Assembly (NCBI GenBank): GCA_965208615.1
Contig: CBDBPB010000007.1
Span: forward strand, 128,001-192,000
From: Spirochaetota bacterium
Lineage (GTDB): Bacteria; Spirochaetota; UBA6919; CBDBPB01
Reading direction: 5' to 3'
DNA length: 64,000 nucleotides
Shown: piece by piece, positions 13,551 through 22,977 of the stretch
How positions within the stretch are numbered: position 1 is the stretch's first letter
How the letters are laid out: each line of letters starts with the position of its first letter
Translations under genes and position numbers: made by a program
The notes under the pieces: generated by a model
What the model was told of the DNA's origin: nothing
What the model saw: only the letters and a program-made list of their open reading frames with translations
The model's database searches: none

Positions 13551-16136
13551 TTAATAGTCTATAATGTGGGACTTAGCAACTACTGCCCTAAGGTCAGAGC
13601 TATATTTGCCCCATCTTTGTGTTTCCCACTTTTCGCCTTTAGAGGAGCTAAGGATATTGTCATAATCTCCCACAGCTATGAACTTATTATTACCGTATGC
13701 AACTCCCGCTAAGCCACGAAGCGTATCGTTTGTTTTAACCCATGTTATGCCATCATTAGAGCTAAAGATATAGCCATACACTCCTCCCACAGCTATGAAC
13801 TTATTATTTGCATAGGCAACTCCCCTTAAGTATTTATAAGTGAAGTTTTCGTTATTATCCTTTTCATTCACTATTTTAGTCCAGCTTTCGCCGTCAGAGG
13901 AGCTAAGGATAGTGCCATACGTTCCCACAGCTATGAACTTATTATTTGCATAGGCAACTCCCTCTAAGTATTTATCAGTGAAGTTTTTGTTATTATCCTT
14001 TTCATTCACTATTTTAGTCCAGCTTTCGCCGTCAGAGGAGCTAAGGATAGTGCCACCACTTCCCACAGCTATGAACTTATTGTTACCGTATGCAACTCCA
14101 TTTAAGTAATTAGTAGTTTCACTTGTTTGTTTAGTCCAGCTTTTGCCATCATAGGAGCTAAGGATAGTGCCATTTTCTCCCACAGCTATGAACTTATTAT
14201 TTGCATAGACAACTCCACTTAAACCGTCACATTTTTCAATTATCTCCCACTTTTCATTATCAGAGGAGCTAAGGATAGTGCCATCCCACCCCACAGCTAT
14301 GAACTTATTATTTGCATAGGCAACTCCACTTAAACCGTCACATTTTTCAATTATCTCCCACTTTTCATTATCAGAGGAGCTAAGGATAGTGCCATCCCAC
14401 CCCACAGCTATGAACTTATTATTTGCATAGACAACTCCACTTAAACTGTCACATTTTTCAATTATCTCCCACTTTTCATTATCAGAGGAGCTAAGGATAG
14501 TGCCATTTTCTCCCACAGCTATGAACTTATTATTTACATAGGCAACTCCCTCTAAGTCATAACTCGTACCGCTTGTTTGTTTAGTCCAGCTTGTGCCATC
14601 AGAGGAGCTAAGGATAGTGCCATACGTTCCCACAGCTATGAACTTATTATTTGCATAGGCAACTCCCTCTAAGTATTTATCAGTGAAGTTTTTGTTATTA
14701 TCCTTTTCATTCACTATTTTAGTCCAGCTTTCGCCGTCAGAGGAGCTAAGGATAGTGCCATTATTACCCACAGCTATGAACTTATTATTAATATATGCAA
14801 CTCCATATAAGCTATTAGTAGTTTCACTTGTTTGTTTAGTCCAAGTTTTTTCATCATCAGAGGAGCTAAGGATAGTGCCACCACTTCCCACAGCTATGAA
14901 CTTATTATTACCGTATGCAACTCCCTGTAACCATTCAGTAGTTTTACTTGTTTGTTCAGTCCAGCTTTCGCCGTTATTAGATGAGCTAAGGATAGCGCCA
15001 CTTGATCCCACAGCTATGAACTTATTATTACCGTATGCAACTCCATATAAGCTATTACTCGCATCGTATGTTTCAACCCATGTTATGCCATCATAGGAGC
15101 TAAGGATATCGCTATACTTTCCCACAGCTATGAACTTATTATTACCATAGGCAACTCCATTTAAATTGTTATATTGTTTAGCTCTCTCCCACTTTTCTCC
15201 ATCATAGGAGCTGAGGGTAGTGCCTTCTCCCACTATTATATAATTTACTCCAGTTACAGCTTTAATCCTTGATAGGAGATAGTTCATTTGTTCTTCTATT
15301 GTTTTATGGTCTATACTACCTTTTAAGTGTTTCTGCTTAGTCCTACTAAAATAAATGTCTTCACCTGTTAGAGAGGTTTTGTCAGTGTCACGTTTTACTT
15401 TATTCGTTGTGATGGCTTTATCGTTTACCTTATCCGTTGTGATGGCATCATTAGCTATCTTAGCCCTTGTGATGGCATTATTGACTATCTGAGGGGTGTT
15501 AACGGTTTTGTCCTTTAGGGTTGACTTTTGTCTGTCAGTGTTTAGTATTTCTATCTTTCCGCTAGAAAGCTTTATCTTCCCGCATAAAACTCCATATTCA
15601 CTTTTATGCTTGTGATCATTAACAGCTTTAAGAAAATGTATCTCAGGCTTAAAACTGCTATACTCATGATCCTTAGTAAGAGGGTCTTCTGGTATTTTAA
15701 TGGCTTCTACGTTTTCAACAGCTTTTAGGTATACGTAATAATCCCCATCCTTAGGGGGTTCACCGTCCTTAGAGGGTATTGAGGAGGTTGTATCCTCGTT
15801 TAAAGAGGCATAATTTCCATTGTGATAGAATCCATTTGGACATTTGCTTATTTTGATCGTATTCGGTTGATCAGTCTTTATTATTTTGCCCTCGTTATCC
15901 CCAAGGGGAGTGCAAAAGCCATCGGTCATATACTTTTCTACATTTCTTTTGATACGACCGCTAAGCTCATCCATAGTGTTAGTCCAGTCGGTGTCGAAAA
16001 ACTTTATAGGCTTATCCAACTCATCAAGTTTTAGATATCCCCTTTTTGTATCTCCCATTTTTGTCTCCTTGAACAAAATAGTTAACTTTTCTGGTTTTAT
16101 TGTTATACCCCTTGCTAAGGTATAACCAGTATCCAA
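13551..16136 (-). CDS. Tail fibre B with C-terminal beta-propeller (BNR/Asp-box-like) repeats; probable start 16058
   Basis: Shared fibre N-terminus; ~13 L.GVAY.NNKFIAVG..GTILSSSDG..W repeats; RBS AAGGAG before ATG 16058. Confidence 0.75.
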   Translation of the reverse strand: MDTGYTLARGITIKPEKLTILFKETKMGDTKRGYLKLDELDKPIKFFDTDWTNTMDELSGRIKRNVEKYMTDGFCTPLGDNEGKIIKTDQPNTIKISKCPNGFYHNGNYASLNEDTTSSIPSKDGEPPKDGDYYVYLKAVENVEAIKIPEDPLTKDHEYSSFKPEIHFLKAVNDHKHKSEYGVLCGKIKLSSGKIEILNTDRQKSTLKDKTVNTPQIVNNAITRAKIANDAITTDKVNDKAITTNKVKRDTDKTSLTGEDIYFSRTKQKHLKGSIDHKTIEEQMNYLLSRIKAVTGVNYIIVGEGTTLSSYDGEKWERAKQYNNLNGVAYGNNKFIAVGKYSDILSSYDGITWVETYDASNSLYGVAYGNNKFIAVGSSGAILSSSNNGESWTEQTSKTTEWLQGVAYGNNKFIAVGSGGTILSSSDDEKTWTKQTSETTNSLYGVAYINNKFIAVGNNGTILSSSDGESWTKIVNEKDNNKNFTDKYLEGVAYANNKFIAVGTYGTILSSSDGTSWTKQTSGTSYDLEGVAYVNNKFIAVGENGTILSSSDNEKWEIIEKCDSLSGVVYANNKFIAVGWDGTILSSSDNEKWEIIEKCDGLSGVAYANNKFIAVGWDGTILSSSDNEKWEIIEKCDGLSGVVYANNKFIAVGENGTILSSYDGKSWTKQTSETTNYLNGVAYGNNKFIAVGSGGTILSSSDGESWTKIVNEKDNNKNFTDKYLEGVAYANNKFIAVGTYGTILSSSDGESWTKIVNEKDNNENFTYKYLRGVAYANNKFIAVGGVYGYIFSSNDGITWVKTNDTLRGLAGVAYGNNKFIAVGDYDNILSSSKGEKWETQRWGKYSSDLRAVVAKSHIIDY
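13600..15240 (-). repeat. Near-identical propeller-blade repeats (~115-150 bp)
   Basis: cccacagctatgaacttatt and gaggagctaaggatagtgcc recur in almost every unit. Confidence 0.9.
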
Positions 16137-16154
16137 AAGGCTATGCCGATCTAA

Positions 16155-17057
16155 CTAAATGGATATGTTTATCTTAGCTAAAGTATTCAACTTTTTAGCC
16201 CTCAATAAGGATTTTTTAAGTTTATCAGCCTTTTCATCGAGATCAAGTTTTTGTTTAATCTCCTCAAAAGACTGCTTTAGCATGTTGGAGTCTATATCTT
16301 TCTTTTTACTTTTGTCTAGCTTTAACTCATCCACTAAATTATTATGTTCCCTAATGGCTATAACCCTTTGGGATGCCAATTGTAATTCATTACTAAGGCT
16401 AATCTGCTTATCCTTTAAGGCATTAAGCCTTTCTTTGCGTAACTCTTCAATATCCTTTGCCTCAATAAAGGTCTTTTTGTCCTTGTCATATTTAGGCTTT
16501 AATAATTTATCATCAGGATTAATATCAACCCATTTCTGATCAGTAAAATATATGTCGGATAAGTCTATATCCTTAGTCGTTACAAATCCATCATTGTCCA
16601 AAACCGTAACCTTTTTATTAGCCTCTTCCCATTCGCTCTTCGTTTTATTCCATTTTGCTAACTTTAAATCCTTATTAGGCTCTTTAAAAGGCAGATCAGG
16701 CACCTTATCAAAGCATCCACCCTCATTAAGGTCATTTAAGAAGTATCCGTCTTTGTCGATCTTATAAGACGGCTCAGGGATATAATAAGCCTGATCCCAA
16801 TGGCCTTCTATCGCCATATAGTTGTCCCATATCCATCTGTCAACCTTATTAGCCATTCGCCAATCAAGACTTTTTAGTTTAGACTCATATTCGTCACTAT
16901 GCTCAAAAGGGGAATTGTTAAGCTTAGGCTCAAGTTCTGTAGCATCAGACGGCACCTGAGGATCGTTAGAGTTAGGTAATGGCAAAGCCTTACTAGAGTG
17001 TTTATATACCCCATTTTCAGCATCAAAAAAGTATATCGTTGTGTTAGACATATTCAT
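16155..17057 (-). CDS. Putative tail fibre assembly chaperone
   Basis: Follows the collar fibre; IYFFDAENGVY...P.DATELEP and W....W motifs are typical of Tfa-like proteins. Confidence 0.6.
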   Translation of the reverse strand: MNMSNTTIYFFDAENGVYKHSSKALPLPNSNDPQVPSDATELEPKLNNSPFEHSDEYESKLKSLDWRMANKVDRWIWDNYMAIEGHWDQAYYIPEPSYKIDKDGYFLNDLNEGGCFDKVPDLPFKEPNKDLKLAKWNKTKSEWEEANKKVTVLDNDGFVTTKDIDLSDIYFTDQKWVDINPDDKLLKPKYDKDKKTFIEAKDIEELRKERLNALKDKQISLSNELQLASQRVIAIREHNNLVDELKLDKSKKKDIDSNMLKQSFEEIKQKLDLDEKADKLKKSLLRAKKLNTLAKINISI

Positions 17058-17067
17058 ATCAATCTCC

Positions 17068-18507
17068 TTAACCTAATTTAATAAAACAATTAAAAGCAAT
17101 ATTCTTCATACGAGTCTCAGACGCAGTACGAACAGTGCCATAGGTTGATGAGTAGGTTACTGCGTTGCCAAGATTGGCTTTGCCTGACCTTGTGTTAAGA
17201 TTAAAAACCCTAAAAGCCGTTCGAGATCGACGTGTTGCAGTATACCCACCCCCTGTTTGCCATCTCCAGCCAGTAAGTTCATAATCACCTTTACTATGGT
17301 TTATAACCTCATGCCTATGCCCAGGGTCATGATGCTTATGTCCTTGAAGGGCGTCGTCTTGTCTTGAGCCTAATTCTCTTCTTGAATCAGGACCAGTACT
17401 TTCCGTATTAGTAAACCTTATACCATATCCCCTTGTGTCTGGTAAACGAAACTGAGTACTATTAGAGCCAAACTTAGTACCTATTCTATCGTAAGTTTTA
17501 CGATAGGTTGACTTTGAAACAGGCTGGCCATGACATGGAACAAAGGTTGGATCAGGGTGGCTTACGTCAAAAGTCATTATAATATCACCTGGCCTAAAAG
17601 CTGACGTATCCTTGTGTAGTTTGTCAAAGGTGATAGTGTTGTCAGCTATCTTGCTTTCTGTAATGGCACTATTGTTTATCTTACTCGTTGTGATGGCATT
17701 ATTGTCTATTTTATCCGTTGTGATAGCATCACTAGCTACCTTATACGTTGTGATGGCATCATTAGCTATCTTATTCGTTGTGATGGCATCATTAGCTACC
17801 TTAGCCCTTGTGATGGCATCATTAGCTATCTTATTCGTTGTGATGGCATTATCAAGTATCTTAGGCGTTGTGATAGCACCATTAGCTATCTTATCTGTTG
17901 TGATGGAATTATTAAGGATCTTACTTGCTATAACAGTTTTGTCTGCTATCTCATAAACGCCTTTTTTTAGCGTTGACTTTTGTCTGTTGATTTCTATTTC
18001 TTTATAAGTCCCGTCTGATATGGCTATCTTCCCGCATAAAACTCCATATTCACTTTTATGCTTGTGATCATTAGTACCTTCAACAAGGTTTATTTCAGCA
18101 GCAAAACTGCTATACTCATGCTTTTTAGTAAAAGGGTCTTCTTGTATTTCAGTAGTCTTTACGTCCTCAACAGCTTTTAGGTATGCGTAATAATCCCCAT
18201 CACTTTTGCCGTCTATGCTGAACTCTTTATCTTCTTTTAAGTCAGCGTAGTTACCATTGTGATAAAATCCGTTAGGACAGCTTGTTATTTTTATTTTATC
18301 GGTACTTACGGTTTCTATTAATCCGTCATCAGTACCAAGGGGAGTGCAAAAGCCATCGGTCATATACTTTTCTACATTTTTTTTAATACGACCACTAAGC
18401 TCATCCATAGTGTTAGTCCAGTCGGTATCGAAAAACTTAATAGGCTTATCCAGCTCTCCAAGTTTTAGATATCCCATTTTTGTATCTCCCATGTTTGTAT
18501 CTCCCAT
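17068..18507 (-). CDS. Tail fibre A with phage tail-collar domain
   Basis: Shared N-terminus; 10-aa repeats; PGDIIM...FVPCHGQPVSKSTY...IGTKFG...FRLPDTRG collar motif; ETRMKNIAFN end. Confidence 0.8.
   Translation of the reverse strand: MGDTNMGDTKMGYLKLGELDKPIKFFDTDWTNTMDELSGRIKKNVEKYMTDGFCTPLGTDDGLIETVSTDKIKITSCPNGFYHNGNYADLKEDKEFSIDGKSDGDYYAYLKAVEDVKTTEIQEDPFTKKHEYSSFAAEINLVEGTNDHKHKSEYGVLCGKIAISDGTYKEIEINRQKSTLKKGVYEIADKTVIASKILNNSITTDKIANGAITTPKILDNAITTNKIANDAITRAKVANDAITTNKIANDAITTYKVASDAITTDKIDNNAITTSKINNSAITESKIADNTITFDKLHKDTSAFRPGDIIMTFDVSHPDPTFVPCHGQPVSKSTYRKTYDRIGTKFGSNSTQFRLPDTRGYGIRFTNTESTGPDSRRELGSRQDDALQGHKHHDPGHRHEVINHSKGDYELTGWRWQTGGGYTATRRSRTAFRVFNLNTRSGKANLGNAVTYSSTYGTVRTASETRMKNIAFNCFIKLG
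17625..17950 (-). repeat. 30-bp tandem repeats (AITTxKIAND)
   Basis: ttgtgatggcatcattagcta units, same family as in fibre C. Confidence 0.9.
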
Positions 18508-18543
18508 TTTTGTCTCCTTACTTTTTGCTGCAGATTAAACAAT

Positions 18544-19440
18544 CTAGGACCTAATAGCCACTCCGTAAAGTTCATCTCCATTTTCTACGTCTCTTTGTAT
18601 TTCCCAGTTTTCGCCGTCAGAGGAACTAAGTATAGTCTCTTTATCCCCCACAGCTATGAACTTATTATTTGCATAGGCAACTTTGTATAACCGTTTATCA
18701 GTGAAGTTTTTGTTATTATCCTTATCTATTATTTTAGTCCAATCTTTGTCGTCATTAGATGAGCTAAGGATAGTGCCACTCTTTCCCACAGCTATGAACT
18801 TATTATTACCGTATGAAACTCCCTCTAAGTCTTTATCAGTGAAGTTTTTGTTATTATCCTTTTCATTCACTATTTTAGTCCAGCTTTCGCCGTTATTAGA
18901 TGAGCTAAGGATAGTGCCATCCGCTCCCACAGCTATGAACTTATTATTACCGTATGAAACTCCCTCTAACTGATTAGTAGTTTCACTTGTTTGTTTAGTC
19001 CAAGTTTTTTCATTATCAGAGGAGCTAAGGATAGTGCCACTCTTTCCCACAGCTATAAACTTATTATTACCGTATGCAACTCCATATAAGTACTTCTCAG
19101 TGAACTTTTTGTTATCCTTATCTAGTATTTTAGTCCATATTTTTTCATTATCAGAGGAGCTAAGGATCCTACCCCAGTCTCCCACAGCTATGAACTTATT
19201 ATTTCCATAGGCAACTTCATTTAAGTAATTAGTAGTTCCACTTGTTTGTTCAGTCCAGCTTTCGCCGTCAGAGGAGCTAAGGATAGTGCCACCCGCTCCC
19301 ACAGCTATGAACTTATTATTACCGTATGCAACTTCATGTAAGGCTTTATCAGTAAAGTTTTTGTTACCATCATCTTTATTTACTATTTTAGTCCAATCTT
19401 TGCCATCATTAGAGCCAAGGATAGAACCACTTTTTCCCAC
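18544..19440 (-). CDS. Beta-propeller repeat protein, probably the C-terminal part of the upstream tail-protein-I-like gene
   Basis: ~7 blades of the same repeat as fibre B; frame stays open upstream to the TAA at 19594-19596. Confidence 0.7.
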   Translation of the reverse strand: MGKSGSILGSNDGKDWTKIVNKDDGNKNFTDKALHEVAYGNNKFIAVGAGGTILSSSDGESWTEQTSGTTNYLNEVAYGNNKFIAVGDWGRILSSSDNEKIWTKILDKDNKKFTEKYLYGVAYGNNKFIAVGKSGTILSSSDNEKTWTKQTSETTNQLEGVSYGNNKFIAVGADGTILSSSNNGESWTKIVNEKDNNKNFTDKDLEGVSYGNNKFIAVGKSGTILSSSNDDKDWTKIIDKDNNKNFTDKRLYKVAYANNKFIAVGDKETILSSSDGENWEIQRDVENGDELYGVAIRS

Positions 19441-19593
19441 AACTATATAGTTTATTTCAGTAATAGATTCAATATAGTACTCATATCCAGGGACTCTTTT
19501 CTTTAATATAGATTTAAGCTCATCTATAGATTTAAGTTCCTTATTAGTAGACGGGTTGGGTTTAGATTTAAGTTTATATTCATGTGAATCTTT

Positions 19594-20344
19594 TTAGTTT
19601 TCTTTATTCCGTTTACGTTCTAATTGGTTGTACTTAAGTTTATAGTGGTCCAATATCTTTTTTATAGCCTTTTTACCTGTATAAGGCATGAGGTAAACAC
19701 CTTGATAAGGCTCAACAATATCATCAAGGGTTCTTTTAATGAGGTCTATATTTATACCAGGCATATTGAAGAAGCGTATATAAGCTCTGGACCAAGTTCT
19801 CTTATGTGAGGTAATAAAGCTAAGTTTTTCGCTTTTGTCTTCGTCACTATTTTCGCTTTTGTTTTTAAGAATTCTAATGGTAAGATCGTGTTCATCATCA
19901 ATTGAATTTATATTTAAGTTTTTACTATAAAACTCTAAAAACTTTTTAATAGCCTCTCTTGGTATACCAGGGCTATTAGCACTATTAATCATTATCTCCT
20001 TGATTTTCTCTATATGTTTTCTAAAGTCACTATCTGATTCTTCTTTAACCTCTTTATTTTTAACCTCATCCTTACGACTAACTCCGTATAACTGGCCTAT
20101 AAGGTCTAAAAACCTTTTCTCAGCAGTATTCAAAAATAGTTGTTTGGCAAGGTAGTTTATCTTTTTTAGTGAGCGATCCTTAATTAGAATATCAAATATG
20201 GTATTATGGAACTTATAGATATTCGATTTCTTAGTAAGGCTGGTTATAGTAGGGGGGACAGTTACTCCAAACGTCTTTGTCAAAAGTTATATCCACCTCT
20301 GGAGCTGTTTTCTCAGTATCATCTGAATTAGCTGGATTACTCAT
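19594..20344 (-). CDS. Baseplate wedge / tail protein I-like (P2 gpI, Mu gp48 position); apparent frameshift near 20240
   Basis: LFLNTAEKRFLDLIGQLYGVSR...ESDSDFR motif; ATG 20344 overlaps the baseplate J stop and reads MSNP...DVWSNCPPYYN in another frame. Confidence 0.65.
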
Positions 20345-21670
20345 CTTGGAACCTCATTAAAATCTTCAAACTTTAACTTAGGCCAACCTTTATCTTTATA
20401 ATAATCTATTATAATATTAGGCTTAGGATCAATAATCCCTTTATTAATATCAATATCCTTCCAAGGCTGACCAGTATCGCTATCATTATTAGGAATCTTT
20501 ATGGAACCAGTCTTAATATTAAAAACATTAGGAGCGTTTATAATAAAGCTTTCCATTTTTTCTTTAACAAAGACATCTCCTGGATTAAACTTATTAAAAT
20601 ATTGATCAAGTGCATCTTTAATATCTTTTTCAAGGGGTTTAGTTTTTCTATAGTATATAGTAAGTTCAATTTTAATTGGTTGTACTTCAGCAAGACTTAC
20701 AAAAGCTCTCCAGTTAGCTAATGGCTTATGCTCTTTAGCATTAATCTTATTTTCGATATCTTTAGGATTAATACTAGCATTACTAGAGTCCTTATATCCT
20801 CTTACAATAATCCCAACAGAACCTTCACCATGCATTCGTGGTACAATCTTTGCTTCTTTTACTAATTCTTGTGATTCAGCTTTAGCTTTAAACCATCCAA
20901 TAGATCCCTCTACTGAACCGCTAGCACTATGTATGATTCTTTGTCTAAAATCGTCATCGCTTTCTTTGTCTATACCTCCTCCGATAATGCTTTTATTTCT
21001 TACATAATCAAAATGTTGAACAGCGGTTGATATTTCTGTTATCATTGCCCCATTTATACTTATCCCCGCCTTTTAAGGCTATTACAGGCACTTCTACACG
21101 ATATACCTTTTTATCATCGTCATCAATGGTATTATCCTCATAAGGCTTGGTTTCTTCATTAATTTCAACATCATTTAGTGTTTTAAACTTCAAAGGCTCA
21201 TTGTTAATAGTACTTTTAGCAGCCACAATATTACCTTTCTTAAATGTATAAGTGATTTTAGGCTTAGTGGTAGCACCAACATACACCTTTCCAACGGCAT
21301 TAGTTAGGATTTTACGCTCTATACTATATCTTTGTGCATGTAGGTCAAGCCATTCGTCTTCAGCGGTCTGTACAAGCATTTGTTTTTTAAGCTCTTCAAT
21401 ACCCTTATCTAAGACTTCATACTGCATGAGGGCGAATATCTTTAACACTCTCATTATTTTACCTTGTGGTCTTAAGTTAGAGATACTTTTATCATCACTT
21501 TCATTATCAGGTTTAACAACATTATTATAAAAACGAGTAATTAAGTCCTCTAACAAGTCGTTAAACTCGGGTTCTTTTTCGATTATACTATCTAACAACA
21601 AGTTATAATCGCTTCGTGATAACTTCTTATCTTCGATAAGCTTTACTATTTCTTTTACACTTTCATTCAT
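20341..21670 (-). CDS. Baseplate J/gp47-like protein, split by a 1-nt frameshift near 21055
   Basis: QTAEDEWLDLHA in the first ORF; GGIDKESDDDFRQRI and PRMHGEGSV in the second; removing one A joins them (YNGAMITE). Confidence 0.8.
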
Positions 21671-22080
21671 TAATATTCCTCCAAAGCATTATTAATAATA
21701 TTGACTTTCAAAGTGCTAATGTTAATCCTGTCATCCATGCTAAGCCAATTTTCTATATTTTGTTTAAGCTCAATAGCGGTTCCTTTAGTATAAGTCCGAT
21801 TTTTAAACTTCCAAATATCATTACCCTCTTGGACGTCGATAATATCATCGAAATATTTAAGTCTAAATCCCTCTATTAAGTCCTGTTCCAGAGCCTTTTT
21901 TCCATCAGCTATCTGCCAATCGTTTGTATATTCATTCGGAGCTATCACAAAGCTCCAGTCTTCTGGAATCTTTCTACTATATTTGTCAGCCTCAGTATAG
22001 CATAGAATGTCATTATCTAGGTTATCATCAACAACGTCGAATGATAACTCAATTTTATAATCTCCAATATTAAACTCCAT
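21670..22080 (-). CDS. Baseplate wedge / sheath initiator (gp25/gp46-like)
   Basis: Between spike and baseplate J; ADGKKALEQDL...DDRI pattern. Confidence 0.55.
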   Translation of the reverse strand: MEFNIGDYKIELSFDVVDDNLDNDILCYTEADKYSRKIPEDWSFVIAPNEYTNDWQIADGKKALEQDLIEGFRLKYFDDIIDVQEGNDIWKFKNRTYTKGTAIELKQNIENWLSMDDRINISTLKVNIINNALEEY

Positions 22081-22089
22081 ATAATTCTC

Positions 22090-22734
22090 CTACTCTAAAA
22101 CAACTTTTTTAGATTCAACTTCATTAGAAGTGACAAAAATAGGTTTCTCAGGGATCTTTACAGCACCATTCCCAATAAAAAAATGAGAATGACTATTAAA
22201 CTCCTTGACAATTTTATCAATAATCTTTTTAAGAGGTCCAGCAAGAACAGCCTTCTCACTGTCACCAGCAAGTTTAATCTTGTCTGCCTCTAGGACAATG
22301 TTATCCTTAGCCTTAATGTTAATATCCTTTTCTTTTGCGGTAATGGCTATTCCATCTTTTTTTGCCGTTATATTTACGGTTTTTTCAGCGAGGATAATAT
22401 ACTCCTCCACCTCTGAAAACTGTATAACAGCCCAGTCATTCTCTTCTTCAGATTCAAAATGAAGGGGTATAACGCTTACCATGGAGTCTTTTTTAGGGAT
22501 AACCAATATACCGCTTTTATTAATGGGAGTTAATTTAGCCTCTACTATCGGAGCCGATTGATCCTCTGGGTCAACATCACATACGTATATGCCTTTGTCA
22601 TCATCTTTTTTAACAGACTTAACAATTCCCCTCTTTCCACCTTTTTGATGGATTACCACATTAACTAAGTCCGTAAAAACATCTGTAAAACTACGATTAC
22701 CTGTCATGGAATAACCTCTATTATGAAAAGCCAT
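22090..22734 (-). CDS. Baseplate spike (gpV/gp45-like)
   Basis: OB-fold-like N-terminus (PKKDSMVSV), short beta-helix repeats, C-terminal HSH iron-binding motif. Confidence 0.75.
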   Translation of the reverse strand: MAFHNRGYSMTGNRSFTDVFTDLVNVVIHQKGGKRGIVKSVKKDDDKGIYVCDVDPEDQSAPIVEAKLTPINKSGILVIPKKDSMVSVIPLHFESEEENDWAVIQFSEVEEYIILAEKTVNITAKKDGIAITAKEKDINIKAKDNIVLEADKIKLAGDSEKAVLAGPLKKIIDKIVKEFNSHSHFFIGNGAVKIPEKPIFVTSNEVESKKVVLE

Positions 22735-22741
22735 AGTGATT

Positions 22742-22825
22742 TATATAAAAGCTAATGTAGAAACCTGATAAGGCAAGTACACTTATGCTATATATGCTAT
22801 ATATGCTACCTTTCTAAAAAAGTGA
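22742..22825 (-). promoter_or_regulatory. Late promoter with 9-bp direct repeats, upstream of the spike operon
   Basis: Minus strand: (TAGCATATA)x~3, then TTGCCT-N16-TAGCTT. Confidence 0.6.
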
Positions 22826-22977
22826 TAAAAATCTATGATATTTTAAAAGGCTAATAGTCTTTTCAGCAAAATAACACTGTCTTTTTTGTACAAAAGCTAA
22901 AATGTGATAAGTTAAAACAATAGGTTAAAAGAGAGATTAACAGCAGTATAGGGTTAAAATCAAAGGCTAAAACCTCA

